Assembly: GCA_013239625.1 (NCBI GenBank)
Contig: MU053800.1
Location: forward strand, 1 to 38,068
DNA length: 38,068 nt
Direction: 5' to 3'
Origin: Lama guanicoe
Lineage: Eukaryota
The notes beneath the pieces were generated by a model. The model was not told the origin of the DNA. It did no database searches and was given only the letters and a program-made list of their open reading frames with translations. Both the position numbers and the translations under genes were made by a program. Of the stretch, positions 1 to 12,647 are shown piece by piece. Numbering within the stretch: position 1 is the stretch's first letter; each line of letters starts with the position of its first letter.

Positions 1-227
1 GTGAATAAACAGAAATAGTTCTTAGACCTGCACACTCAGAAAAAAGCCAGCTTTTCAGAACACCATCCATACCAGTTCCTCCAGAGAGAAGACACAGAAG
101 AGCTGGAGACACAATTCCTTTCTTACTTCTACAGACAAAACACACACACAGTAGGTACTGGAATTCTCATAACTGAATACAGCTGCAGTCATTTATAAGG
201 TCCCCTGATAAACTTTATAAAGCTGCT

Positions 228-491
228 NNNNNNNNNNNNNNNNNNNNNNNNNNNNNNNNNNNNNNNNNNNNNNNNNNNNNNNNNNNNNNNNNNNNNNNNN
301 NNNNNNNNNNNNNNNNNNNNNNNNNNNNNNNNNNNNNNNNNNNNNNNNNNNNNNNNNNNNNNNNNNNNNNNNNNNNNNNNNNNNNNNNNNNNNNNNNNNN
401 NNNNNNNNNNNNNNNNNNNNNNNNNNNNNNNNNNNNNNNNNNNNNNNNNNNNNNNNNNNNNNNNNNNNNNNNNNNNNNNNNNNNNNNNNNN
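228..491. other. Assembly gap (N run)
   Basis: Continuous N. Confidence 1.
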
Positions 492-1010
492 CAAAGTGTT
501 TCTGCAGCATTTTTGTAGTAGAGGGAAATTGGAAACAAACTAAATAGCCACCATATTTAGGAGAACGGACGTATAGACAGCGGGATTTTCATGCTGCAGG
601 TTACTAAGTAGCCTTCAGAGTTACAGCCTTATTCATCCACTTGGAGAAATCTCAAAAGCAATGTTAAGCAAACGAGCAAGTTGCGGGAGACATACCATGG
701 AACACCCTTCACTTTATAAGGCTGAAAATCGTGTGACACAATACAAGAGAGAATTTATGGAGACAAAAACAGCAGGGTAAAAGTATAAAATGACAAACAC
801 CAAATTCAGGAAGGGGGCTACCTCTGGATGGGGTGGGATGGGAGGAGGGAGACGAAGGTCTTAACTGTACCTGCAGCAACTTCTTCACAAAGGAAAGATT
901 TCTGAAGGAAATGTGTCACGCTTTTAAGATGCTCCAGTGCCTGGGACTGTTTTTCATTATTTATCCCTGCTCCCCTATGTGCTTGAAATATTTCCTAATA
1001 GAAAGAATTT
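492..1010 (+). mobile_element. Old LINE-1 3' end relic (L1ME-like)
   Basis: Degenerate L1 ORF2-end and 3'UTR motifs (gcagcatttttgtagtag...aaattggaaacaaactaaatagcca; aaatctcaaaagcaatgttaagcaaa; gcttgaaatatttcctaatagaaa). Recalled consensus; boundaries approximate. Confidence 0.65.
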
Positions 1011-1179
1011 TGTTCCCCAAAGTAGCAAAAACCAGATCAACGGCCCCCTTAACCCAGGGTGGTGTCCATGAAGCTTGATTTTATTTACAAGGGCATTCTA
1101 GGTGGAGAAAATTGTGTTTGCATAATTGCTTATCTGGGGTAACATGAGTCGTCGCAATTAAATCAGCAAGGAATTTCTT

Positions 1180-2110
1180 TTAAGTCATGTTAAGCAATTA
1201 GAATTTTATTCTGTTGGCAACAGAAGGTCATTGAATTTTGACTTTTTTTTTATTTGAGGGGACAGTAATTAAGTTTATTTACTTATTTTTTAAATGGAGG
1301 TACTGAGGATTGAACCCAGGACCTCATGCACACTAAGCATGTGCCCTACCACTGAGCTATGCCGTTCCCCTAACAGAAGGTCATTGAATTTTAAGCCAGG
1401 GAGTAAAATGATTTGATTTACACTTTAGTGAGCTCACTCTTGGGGAGAAATTTGGGGGAGTGAAAGGAGGAGTGAAGTGACTGGAGGTGATAAGACCAGT
1501 CTGGAGGCTTTTACAATGATTCAGGCGACAGAGAAGGCAGTCATGGACTGTGAACAGCATGGGGATGGTGGAAAGCAGATAAATGGTAAAGTACTTGGGA
1601 AATTAAGTCAACAGGACTCCGATGGACACAGTGCAGGAGGACACGTCCAGGGTGCCTTACAAGTTTCCGGCTTGCTGGAATGCATGGGTGATGATTGCAA
1701 CCACTAGCGTAGTGAGCTCGGGGTAAGTGCAGATTTGGGAGCGACGGGGGAGACCAGGGCTTCATCCATGTTGAATTCCAGCCATCGGTGAGACATCACT
1801 GGGGAGGATGTCCAGGAAACAGGTGTATCACCGGGTCTGCAGCTCTGGGAGAATATTCAGAGCTAAAGACAAATCTTTAGTGTCCATCCATGGAAGCGGT
1901 GAGAGCTGTCTGGAGAAGATGGAGACTAGAGATTAAGGAGAGACGAGAATGAAGGAACTCTGAGATCATGCGCTGGAAGGGAAACGCCAAAGAGGATCCC
2001 GTGGAGAAGACTGAGGAGAAATGGGTGGGAGTGTGCAGGAAGAATCCAGTGATCATGGAAGGAAACTGCATGCCACGAAGCCTGAGAGCTGGAATGGTCA
2101 GCATAAGCCC
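1180..2110 (-). mobile_element. LINE-2 relic, interrupted by a SINE
   Basis: Purine-rich antisense L2 texture (ttttaagccagggagtaaaatgatttgatttacacttt; gggtctgcagctctgggagaatattcagagctaaagacaaatctttagtgtccat). Confidence 0.65.
1240..1371 (-). mobile_element. tRNA-Ala-derived camelid SINE (Vic-1 type)
   Basis: Antisense A box (accactgagcta) and B box (attgaaccc), T-rich tail. Perfect 21-bp TSD aacagaaggtcattgaatttt at 1219-1239 and 1372-1392. Confidence 0.92.
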
Positions 2111-2203
2111 TCCCTATCTGGCATCTGAGTGGCTGAGACCCAGCTCCTCCTTTTGAAAATGAATTTCTCCACCTGGGCTTTGGGTGACTTAAAAGCGTGT
2201 GTG

Positions 2204-2601
2204 CACTAAGTGAAGTCAGCCAGAAAGAGAAAGAAAAATACCATATGATATCACTCATATGTGGAGTCTTAGAAAAAATGACAAACGAACTCATTTATAA
2301 AACAGAAACAGACTCACAGACATAGAAAACAAATTCATGGTGACCAAAGGGGAAAGAGGGTGGGAAGGGATAAACTGGGAGTTTGGGATTAGCAGATGCA
2401 CACTACTATGTATAAAATAGATAAACAACAAGATCCCACTGTATGGCACAGGGAACTACATTCAACATCTAGTAATAACCTATAATGAGAAAGCATAGAT
2501 ATACATATACATATATATGTATAATTGAATCACTATGCTGTACACCAGAAACTAACACAGCATTGTAAAGCAACTCTACTTCAATTTTAAAAATTATTTT
2601 A
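2204..2601 (+). mobile_element. 5'-truncated LINE-1 3' end (artiodactyl type)
   Basis: ctaagtgaagtcagccagaaagagaaagaaaaataccatatgatatcactcatatgtgga (ORF2 end, LSEVSQKEKEKYHMISL), then 3'UTR ending tacttcaattttaaaaa. Confidence 0.9.
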
Positions 2602-2802
2602 AAAAGTAGATATGAAAACCCATGAAAAACATTAGATACGTTGTCAAGAAAAGTCTTAAGGGGGTCAATTTCCAGATCCTCAAATTCCATGTGACCCCTC
2701 TTCATGACCTGCCTAGGAATATAATTTGGCATTAGACAAATACTTTCCCATTTACCCATCCACAGTTATTTTCTTTCCTCTTCACAAAAGAAAGGCATTC
2801 TC

Positions 2803-3211
2803 AGTAGGCACATGAAAAAAATGCTCAATATCACTAATTATCAGAGAAATGCAAATCAAAACTACAATGAGTTATCACCTCCCACCAGTCAGGATGGCCA
2901 CTATTCAAAAGTCAGTGAACACTTTCATGGGAGAGGCTGTGGAGAAAAGGGAACCCTCCTACACTGCTGGTGGGAAGGCAATTTGGCGCAGCCATTATGG
3001 AAAACGGTGTGGAGATTCCTTAAAAAACTAAAAATAGACTTACCATGTGATCCAGCAATTCCACTCCTGGGCATATCTGGAAGGAACTCTAATTCCAAAG
3101 ACACATGCACCCCAATGTTCATAGCAGCACTGCTTACAATAGCCAAGACATGGAAGCAACCTAAATGTCCATTGACAGATGAATGGATAAAGAAGCTGTG
3201 GTATATATATA

Positions 3212-3260
<49 letters not shown>

Positions 3261-3812
3261 GTATGTATATGTATGTGTGTATGTATGTATATGTATATAT
3301 ACCACACACATATATACATGTACACACATACATATGCATATAACGGAATACTACTCATCCATAAAAGAGAATAAAATAATGCCATTTGCAACAAAATGGG
3401 TGGACCTGGGGATGGTCATTCTAAGTGAAGTCAGCCAGAAAGAGAAAGAAAAATACCATATGATATCACTTATATGTGGACTCTAAAAAAAGGAACACAA
3501 ATGAACTTATTTATAAAACAGAAACAGACTCACAGACATAGAATACAAACCTGTGGTTACTGAGGGGAAAGGGTTGGGAAGGGATAAACTGGGAGCTCAA
3601 GATTTGCAGATCCTAACTACTATGTATGAAATAGATAAACAACATGTTTATACTGTATAGCACAGGGAACTATATTCAATATCTCATAGTAACCTATGAG
3701 AAAGAATATGAGGACGGATATCTGTATGCATGTGCATGACTGGAACATTGTGCTTACATCAGAAATTGACACATTGTAAATGACTAAACTTCAATTTTTT
3801 AAAAAAAGAAAG
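2803..3812 (+). mobile_element. 5'-truncated LINE-1 (ORF2 C-terminus + 3'UTR)
   Basis: ORF track 2812-3486 gives L1 ORF2 C-terminal motifs ([50 protein letters not shown]). 16-bp TSD aaagaaaggcattctc at 2787-2802 and 3813-3828. Confidence 0.95.
3202..3340. repeat. (TA)n/(GTATAT)n microsatellite inside L1
   Basis: Direct tandem gtatat units grading into TA/CA repeats. Confidence 0.95.
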
Positions 3813-4488
3813 AAAGAAAGGCATTCTCCTCACCCATTCTTAATTGTACTTGGGTACATTTCCATAGGGTATAAAAACCTCCAAAGAGCCAAAGAGACAA
3901 CAGAAGAATTTAGTCTCAACAACACCTTCTTGAATCAGTTGGGCCGTGTGTTCACCCAGCCTGCCTATTTCTGGGAGGAGCTCAGCGTGGCTCTAGCACC
4001 CTGGGTTCTGCATCCACTTTTGTGACCACTTCCAGTCTTCTCCATCCGCCCTCGCATCACCATGCTCCGTTCCACATAGGCTTTGACCAGCTTGCTGCAG
4101 GGACAGCCTAGAAACTCCTGGCCCCAGCTTCTCTGGGGGGTGGGGGGAACTCACACAGAGTGAAACTCCACAGATAAGGGAGGTGACCCTCTGAGCGACC
4201 CTGGAGCCGTGACACAGGCAGATAAAGGTTGCCCCACTCATATTCACAGAGAGGTGGCCCTGACACACACTTTACAGCAGCCAGGCTTCTGGAGCCGTGG
4301 CCGCCTGCTGAAGCCCCCTTATTGGCCTCCCTCCTCCCGATGCACTGGTCCCAGCAGGCAAGCCTTTGTGTCAGGCCCCATGGTGGGGGGAACCCAGGAA
4401 CCCAGTTGGGATGTTCTGAATTCAGATATTTTGTCAGGTGGAGAAGAAGGGTGAAGAAAATTTCATCTGACCTTATCTTCAAATCCAC

Positions 4489-4925
4489 TTTTTTAAAATA
4501 ATTATTTTAAATTGAAGTCTAGTTGATTGGCAATGTTGCGTTAGTTTCTGGTGTACAGCATAGTGATTCAGTTATACACACACACACACGTATATATATA
4601 TTTCTTTTCATGTTCTTTTGCATTATAGGCCATTACAAGATATCAAATGTAGCTCCCCGTGCTGTAAAGCAGGGCCTTTTTGTTTATCTATTTTATGTAT
4701 AGTAGGGTATCTGCAAATCTCGAACTCACAATTTATCCCTTCCCACCCCTTTCCCCTCATCAGTTTGCTTTCTATGTCTGTGAGTCTGTTTCTGTTTTGT
4801 AAATAAGTTTATTTGTGTCTTTTTTTTTAAGATTCCACATATAAGTGATACCCTATGGTATTTTTCTTTCTCTTTCTGACTCCTTCACTTTTGACATTTG
4901 ACAACTTCCTGTCTTCCATCCATGG
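4489..4925 (-). mobile_element. LINE-1 3' end
   Basis: Antisense match to the L1 3'UTRs at 2204 and 2803 (ttgaagtctagttgatt...tttctggtgtacagcatagtgattcag; gattccacatataagtgata). Confidence 0.9.
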
Positions 4926-5258
4926 ACAATTACCAAAAGGCCCATCCCCTGAAGGAGATAACAGAACAGGGAAAAGCACACCAGCCTCAGTGCCTTGTCT
5001 TGCCAGGTGACAGACTCAACGCAATGCTCCGACCCTTCTGTCTGTCCTTCCTTCTGTCTGACTGAGAGTATCTGAGCTGCAGGAAGGCACACAGGGAAAT
5101 CCAGCCAGCCTCGGGCTTACCATCTCTGCACGTTTCCATGAACAGCATTTGGTGAGATTCAGATGTGTGCCTTCACCATCTGGAGGAGGAAATGAAAAAG
5201 TTCCCCAGCCAGTCAGTGTTACAGCTTCAGGTGAAAGAACATTCGTGTAGGTGAGTTA

Positions 5259-6137
5259 NNNNNNNNNNNNNNNNNNNNNNNNNNNNNNNNNNNNNNNNNN
5301 NNNNNNNNNNNNNNNNNNNNNNNNNNNNNNNNNNNNNNNNNNNNNNNNNNNNNNNNNNNNNNNNNNNNNNNNNNNNNNNNNNNNNNNNNNNNNNNNNNNN
5401 NNNNNNNNNNNNNNNNNNNNNNNNNNNNNNNNNNNNNNNNNNNNNNNNNNNNNNNNNNNNNNNNNNNNNNNNNNNNNNNNNNNNNNNNNNNNNNNNNNNN
5501 NNNNNNNNNNNNNNNNNNNNNNNNNNNNNNNNNNNNNNNNNNNNNNNNNNNNNNNNNNNNNNNNNNNNNNNNNNNNNNNNNNNNNNNNNNNNNNNNNNNN
5601 NNNNNNNNNNNNNNNNNNNNNNNNNNNNNNNNNNNNNNNNNNNNNNNNNNNNNNNNNNNNNNNNNNNNNNNNNNNNNNNNNNNNNNNNNNNNNNNNNNNN
5701 NNNNNNNNNNNNNNNNNNNNNNNNNNNNNNNNNNNNNNNNNNNNNNNNNNNNNNNNNNNNNNNNNNNNNNNNNNNNNNNNNNNNNNNNNNNNNNNNNNNN
5801 NNNNNNNNNNNNNNNNNNNNNNNNNNNNNNNNNNNNNNNNNNNNNNNNNNNNNNNNNNNNNNNNNNNNNNNNNNNNNNNNNNNNNNNNNNNNNNNNNNNN
5901 NNNNNNNNNNNNNNNNNNNNNNNNNNNNNNNNNNNNNNNNNNNNNNNNNNNNNNNNNNNNNNNNNNNNNNNNNNNNNNNNNNNNNNNNNNNNNNNNNNNN
6001 NNNNNNNNNNNNNNNNNNNNNNNNNNNNNNNNNNNNNNNNNNNNNNNNNNNNNNNNNNNNNNNNNNNNNNNNNNNNNNNNNNNNNNNNNNNNNNNNNNNN
6101 NNNNNNNNNNNNNNNNNNNNNNNNNNNNNNNNNNNNN
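5259..6137. other. Assembly gap (N run)
   Basis: Continuous N. Confidence 1.
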
Positions 6138-6212
6138 GAAAATATGTGATGAGATACCTAGTTTTTAAAAATTTATTTGAGAGTTATGTGGGCAAAAATA
6201 TTTGAAGACCAC

Positions 6213-6310
6213 TATATTAGTTTCTATTTACTGTGTAAATATTTCTCTATTTATGTGTATAAGATATTACCACAAACTTAGTGACCTAAGACAGAATTAT
6301 TCTTAACATT
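6213..6310 (-). mobile_element. MaLR (MLT1-like) LTR fragment
   Basis: tatattagtttctatttactgtgtaa...attaccacaaacttagtgacctaagacag resembles the recalled MLT1 terminus. Confidence 0.5.
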
Positions 6311-6330
6311 TTTTCCTCTTAAATTCTTCT

Positions 6331-6450
6331 TTTTAGGCTTTTTGCTGGGAGGATAAGTAAGTTTATTTATTTTAACGGCGGTATTGGGGATTGAACCCAG
6401 GATGTCTGCATGCTAAGCACCCACTCTACCACTGAGCTACACCCTCCCCT
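6331..6450 (-). mobile_element. tRNA-Ala-derived camelid SINE
   Basis: ggggattgaacccagg...catgctaagcacccactctaccactgagctacaccctcccc. Confidence 0.9.
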
Positions 6451-8467
6451 GGAATTGTAAGAAAAATTTTACCCATTCACATGTAAGTTCTTTCCTAGAG
6501 CTAATATGAAAACTTTAAAAAAATATTTTCAATATTCAAAGGATATTTCTAATTTCTGTGTTTATCAAATTTGTAATCTTATGTAAATTATGGGACTCTT
6601 TTATAATGACCTTATAGTTGAATTCGTTTCTAGTTTCCTTTTGAACCCTTTAAACACTTATTAGCCAGTTTGTTTGGACAGATTATATACATTCAATTCT
6701 AATCCGTTATTATATATACTGTACCATTTGATCTTATCACCAAAGTAAATTCAGTAGGACACTGCTTTTGAACGTTGAAATCCGCCCTCTGAAATGTGTT
6801 CACTCGCCCATCATGTGGGTCCTGATGAGGCGCAAGGCAGAGAAGCTAGGACCACAGGGGATGTGACGTGTGTTCCCACCATGTGAGGATCTGCAGGGGC
6901 CTCTCCGTCGCAGGACCGGAGGGTGAGCTCCTCACCAAAGGCATTTATAACATCTAACGAATGACCGTAGGGTGCACGTACAAGCGACCTGAGCGAGCCC
7001 GGCGGGCACGACCTGACGGACATCAAAGGAAGGTTAAATGGGTTTGGCTTAGATTTTATTTCCTATTTGCTCATGAGAAGAAGCAAACAGCTCGAGTGGA
7101 AGCTTTCAGGCTTCTTCCTCGCTGGATTCCATCACTTGAAAGAATCACAGAGGTTTTCCCTGGAAATATCTTTAGACGTCGTCTCGTTCAGCAGTGTCCC
7201 CATCCTAGTTTTATTTGCCTCATTTACTGGCGTGGACGGACGCCTCTATTTGAAACTTCCCACGCGTACAAACGTTTGTGCAGGAACATCCACTTTGAAA
7301 GTTACACGGGATGTGCTCATTACACATGATGTGATTTCCTTTGTGTCTTTCCTCCTTAAATCTCTAAGGCAATGACCTTTCTTGAGTCAACATTAGAAAA
7401 AGCACATCAAATATTTGATTCTGAGAGACCTGCATGCCAAGGAGCACCGAGGGCTGTGGAATGGGGACAAGGCAAAACCATAGAAGGCACGGGTGGGAAC
7501 TGGGGGTGCGGGGTCGCTGGAGGAGGGGCAGAGGCAGAGCCCAGCCCCGTGTCCTCCCGGCCCCACCCCCACCCTCCGCCTGAGAAGATGTACAGGGGAC
7601 TGGCCACGAGGAGAAGCAGGAGTCGCTGCTAGACAGACCCCCAGTTTTAAAAAAATCGCCCAATTGCCTTCCAGGTCCAGTTGCTGTCCTCTGAAGGAAG
7701 AGAATTTGAACACCGACCCCTCTGCCTGCACGCCCCCCCACGCCCACTCCCCATAATTGCTGAGAAGCAGAGAAAGTGCCTGGGAGGGGCCAGGGCCGGA
7801 TGGGAAAGCAATGAGTCGCCCGCAGTGGGGGCGGGGGATTCCGGGCTCCAAATTCAGGTCTTGATACAAGCTTGTTGGAGCTCTGCCCAACCTTCCTGGC
7901 CTCAGTTTCCTTGGGATGAAACAAGTGAACCCAATACGACCCCCTCCAGCTGGAACACCTGCGGTTACACGTGTTGCTCCTCGCCTGACCCGAGCCTTGC
8001 TGAACAGAGACGGCCCTGGGGGGGATCCGGGGCACTTCCTTCCTGTGGGACCTTGCCTGAGTGTAGCAGGGGGACCTCGGGGGAGCCCAGTGTTTCATCT
8101 AAAGCTGTCGCCTAAAACAAGATCAACCCGAGCTCGGCAGAGGACGCTGCATCTCCCACAAGGCTTAACAACACGCCTCTGTGTTGCAGACCTGATGCCA
8201 GGCTCCCGCTGGAGCTGGGGACCTGAACATGAAAGGTGTGGCCCTTACCTCTAGATGGCAGCGACGGCGTGTGCCCTGGGAGCGGCAGAGGGGATGCCAG
8301 GCAGGGCTGAGGAGGCAGGCGGAGGGGTGCGCTCCCTGCAGGTGGGGAGAGCTTTCCGGGAAGGCTGTGCAGCCTTCGAGGCAGGAGCGTTTGTAGGATA
8401 GTAATGAGCAAAGAGCGTTTTCCAGCAAAAGGAACCGTTTGGAGAAAGGCAGAGTGAAGGGCGCTGC

Positions 8468-8575
8468 TTTTTTGTTTCATTTTGTTTTTCGCTGAAGTAT
8501 AATCAGTTACAATGTGTCGATTTCTGGTGTACAGCATCATGTCCCTGTCATGCATGTATATACATATATTTGTTT
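8468..8575 (-). mobile_element. Short LINE-1 3' terminal fragment
   Basis: Poly-T, then gctgaagtataatcagttacaatgtgtcgatttctggtgtacagcatcatgtccc, the same as other L1 ends in the window. Confidence 0.85.
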
Positions 8576-9964
8576 AAGAAATGCAGGAAAATGTACTAAA
8601 GCTAGACTATAGGTTTAGGCAACAGCCCGGTTGTTGTGGGGGAGGGTTTCAAGCAGGAGGTAGGGAGGCTTGGATTTGTTTGGAGGAGGAAGATGGCAGC
8701 AAGCGTGGAGGGGATGAGGATGGGCTGGTGGGAGGGAGACCATGGAGGGGGCTCTGGCAGAGCAGAGGACCAGCTGCTCTTGCTCACACCACTTGCCATT
8801 TGCAACACGGAGTCTAAAATGTATTTGCACATCCATCTGGTACAATCAGCTGCAGAAACAGAGGAGCAGAAAGACTTTCTTGAAGTCACAGTGAGAATAC
8901 ACCAAATCTCTAGACCAAGAGTGCCAGTATCATTACAGAAATAAGACCATGCTATTTCTTATGATACAGTTTACTGCAGAGATTCATAGGATGCTGCTGT
9001 CCCTGTCACCACCCACATCCAAGAGGGCGGCTCCTAGAATGGATGCTCATTGCACCACCGTCACCCTCTTCCCTCACTGCTGGCCTTGCCTCGACTGTGG
9101 ACATCTGGGTGTGGAGGCTTGTGATGGATATTTCCAGGCTTCGTTTTTGTTTTCATTTTTACAGGGACTCTCCAAGCTAATTAATTTCATAAAATCACAT
9201 AGTTACACACAAAAAAACACAAGTCTGGAGCAAATATGAACATTTAACTCAAGATTCCAATTTTTTCCTATGAGATTCCACTTCTTACTCTTAACAATAA
9301 CTCAAAAACCCGATGGCGTGACACTGCTGTAACCCTGGGAGGGTCCCTCTGAAATACCAAATGACAGGCACTGGTCGATTTCCACCGCAGGCGGCCCCTC
9401 CAGCACCCCGTTCCTCAGGCTCACGTAACGCTCCGTGAAATTAAAGCTCATTAAGGCGCCCCTTGTAAAGTGGGCAGCATTATTGTTCTCGTTTCTCACA
9501 CTGACAACACAAAGTAGATGTTTTCAGCTGCCTGCCCAAGGTCAGTTCCAGGGGCAAAAACTAGAAACTCAGTTATGTGCCCTCAGCTACTATCAAGCAG
9601 CTCTGTACGTTCAAGCAAAGTTGAAGTAACTTAGCTAAAACCCAGAGTGAACCATATTCCAGGATGGGAATGAGCACGGCAGAGGCTGCTGCCTCTCCCA
9701 GGTGACCCACATCTGCCCCCCGAGGACCAGTCAGCCTCCCCGGATGGATGGGACCTGATTACTCTCTAAATGGACTAGGATAACACATTCCACGTCACAG
9801 CGGCCCTGCAAATGTCACTGAAGGGGTCAAACCCCAAAGTAAAGTGCTCCTGCCCCCAAGACGGAGGTGAGGTGAGGAAGGAGAGGACTTTTAAGGAATG
9901 AACAAGAGAGAGAGAAAGTGAAACAGCTGAAACTGAATTCACAGATGTGGGTGTAAAACAGACA

Positions 9965-10170
9965 TGTAATATATATGACATATATGTGTACATTATATGC
10001 GTTATGTGAGATAAATATATATGTGTATAAAATCTATAGTACACATATTAATATGGTATTTATATTTATATATAACATATATTTACATATTTCATAATAC
10101 TTTGACGTAAGTATATAATATATACTATGTGTATGTATTTATAAATATATATATTTCATACATATATGTA
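9965..10170. repeat. AT-rich degenerate (TA)n low-complexity tract
   Basis: Visible TA/TACA/TATG repeats. Confidence 0.85.
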
Positions 10171-10391
10171 AAGCAATGAAATTTAAGAGGCAAAATAGGA
10201 TGGTTATGTATCAGTAAACCCACTGAAGATCTAGCGTGAGACTCAATACTGTACCTCATGGTATTTAATATACAAAAGCTTTAATGCCATAGTAGTGGAC
10301 TGACCCTCTATGAGGAAAAATGTATGTGTATATTTTAACAGATTATTTAAATTACATCATTATGGAAAATGTGCTTTAAAATGTATTTCCA

Positions 10392-10541
10392 TTTATTTTT
10401 TATTTTATTGTATTGTTTATTTTATTTTGGCAGGGGATAGGTAATCAGATTTATTTATTTTTAGAGGAGGTGCTGGGGATTGAACCCAGGACTTCATGCA
10501 TGCTAAGCACGCGCTCCACCACTTGAGCTGTACCCTACCCC
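10392..10541 (-). mobile_element. tRNA-Ala-derived camelid SINE
   Basis: A and B boxes antisense. Degenerate TSD taaaatgtatttcca (10377-10391) / taagatgtttttcca (10542-10556). Confidence 0.9.
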
Positions 10542-11684
10542 TAAGATGTTTTTCCAAAATAAGAGAAATATATTGAAAAATGGTAGGTAGGTTGCTCAGG
10601 GAGTAAAGAAATGCATGGTGGAGAAGAATGCTAATTTCTTCAAATGAGGCAGAGTGCTTACAATGGGAAATCTAAGAGGGGATGTTAACGTGTTCTTAAG
10701 AATCAGTCGTCTGCACATGAAATGTCTGTACTAGGTTAGGTACAATGTATTATTGAACCGTGAATGCTAAGGTTGGAAAAGAAAGATGGTTTAGAATTTT
10801 AAGAACCAGGCTGAAGGTTTTTTGGGTTGTTTTTTTAACCAGAAAATAAGGTAGGAAGATGAACACATGACTAACAGAGACCAAGAGATATCTGACAAGT
10901 GAACTCTAAGTAAAAGTGTCATATAGAGAGAGATTTCTGGCCCTTACAAAATCACTTTGCAGACTGATAGAATTTGAATAAGGAGAAATTTTAACTTAAA
11001 ATAGTATCCATTTATACCATCTCTAAGGAATCATAAAATTGTTTTCATCTTCAACGTGCAGAATGGCCTTAGAGCCTGCAGTTCCTCTGAACCGTGTCGT
11101 TCGGAAGGGTCCTAGAGGACAGGTGGTTGAGTGGGGTCACTTTCTAGTCTTGTCACGTTTGGACCGAGTTCTCCTGTGGTCACCTTCTAAGGTGTGTTAG
11201 TGGGTACCACTCACATCCTTGTCAGCATCTACCTGGCATCTCCTCATGGCCGATCAGTGATCGCGGACCACATGAAGGGACTCTGCTCTGGCACAGTGCA
11301 GCTCCTCACTCCTCCGGTCCTGCCCTCCGCCTGGTGAGTGAGAACACAGGGGCCGGGCGGGGCCTGCCTGTCCTTCCCTCAGATGCCCGCTGACTCTGCC
11401 CCTGGTGAACCCAGGGCTGGGAGCACTCCTTCTGCATCCTCCCACCCCCTCCCCTGTGTCACTCAGAGGCCCTAGGGACATGGAGCCTATGGTTGTAAGG
11501 CTCCCTCTCCACTTTGCTCCCCAAATTTTTGGGGAAGGTGAGCCAGTCAGCAAGAAAATGTACCCTTTCTTTATTGGTTTCAGAATTATACCAGTGGCCT
11601 AATGGCATGATTCCATTTGGACACCAGTGTCAACTCTTTCTGAACTCCAGCCCATCACAGATCGTAGATTTTTGACATTTCCTT

Positions 11685-12030
11685 TAGGTTAGGTTCCCAG
11701 AAGTCAATCTTGAGACTAGGATTTGAGGGCTGGCAGTTTATTTGGGATGTGATCCCAAGAAACACCAGTGGGAGACTGAGGGAGGGGGCAGGAAAGGGAG
11801 AGATGCCACTAGATGGTGCTCTGATGAGCGAGTCACTGCTGGAGGCCACCGGGCTCTACCTGCAGGGGACTGGGAGCCATCCTGCTAGGGACAAAGGGAG
11901 CCCGGATGGTTGTCACCAACTCACGTCTGCCCCTGGTTCAGGGTGGCTCTGGGGTGTCCCTTCTGCTGACACTTTCAGCCTGTTCTGTAAGTGTCCACGC
12001 TTCTTCCTGAGGCCAGAGTTCAGAGTGGCT
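11685..12030 (-). mobile_element. ERVL LTR relic (LTR16-like)
   Basis: ggttaggttcccagaagtcaatcttgagactaggatttgagggctggcagtttatttgggatgtgatcccaagaaacacc resembles the recalled LTR16 family. tttatt is the LTR polyA signal on the minus strand. Confidence 0.6.
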
Positions 12031-12043
12031 GCCACTAGGTCTT

Positions 12044-12647
12044 TTTGTTGTTGTTGTTGTTGGAGTATAGTCAGTTACAGTGTGGCAATTTCTGGTGTAC
12101 AGCATCATGTCCCAGTCATGCACATACATACATATATTTGTTTTCATATTATTTTTCATTAAAAGTTATTACAAGATATTGAACATAGTTCCCTGTGCTG
12201 TACTGAAGAAATTTGTTTTTTATCTATTTTTATATATAGTGGTTGACATTTGCAAATCTCAAACTCCCAAATTTATCCCTTCCCATATCGCTTACCCCTG
12301 GTAACCATAAGATTGTTTACCCTATCTGTGAGTCTCCTTCTGTTTTGTAGATGAGTTCATTAGTTTCTTCTTTTTCTTCTTCTTTTTTTTAGATTCCACA
12401 TATGAGTGATATCATATGGTATTTTTCTTTTTCTTTCTGGCTTCCTTCACTTAGAATGACGGTCTCCAGGTCCATCCATGTTGCTGCAAATAGCATTGTT
12501 TTATTCTTTTTTATGGCTCAGTAGTATTCCATTGTGTTTAATATACCACATCTTCTTTATCCAGTCATCTTTTGATGGACATTTACGTTGTTTCCATGTC
12601 TTGGCTTTGTGTATAGTGTTGAATAATATAGAAGTATATATACCATA
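12044..12647 (-). mobile_element. 5'-truncated LINE-1
   Basis: L1 3'UTR plus ORF2 end (KAKTWKQRKCPSKDDWIKKMWY). Perfect 13-bp TSD gccactaggtctt at 12031-12043 and 12648-12660. Confidence 0.95.

Noticed and set aside
2812..3486. 224-aa ORF and overlapping YV/IC/YT-repeat ORFs
   Set aside because: L1 ORF2 remnant with an upstream frameshift plus a microsatellite.
189..6168. Poly-X ORFs
   Set aside because: Artefacts of the two N gaps.
6822..6850. Hammerhead ribozyme-like CTGATGAG core
   Set aside because: Stem II (ggc-gcaa-ggc) is mismatched and the required GAAA does not follow.
7364..8555. Long ORFs (244, 165, 147, 144 aa)
   Set aside because: Open in many frames on both strands in GC-rich DNA, with no recognisable domain or exon structure.
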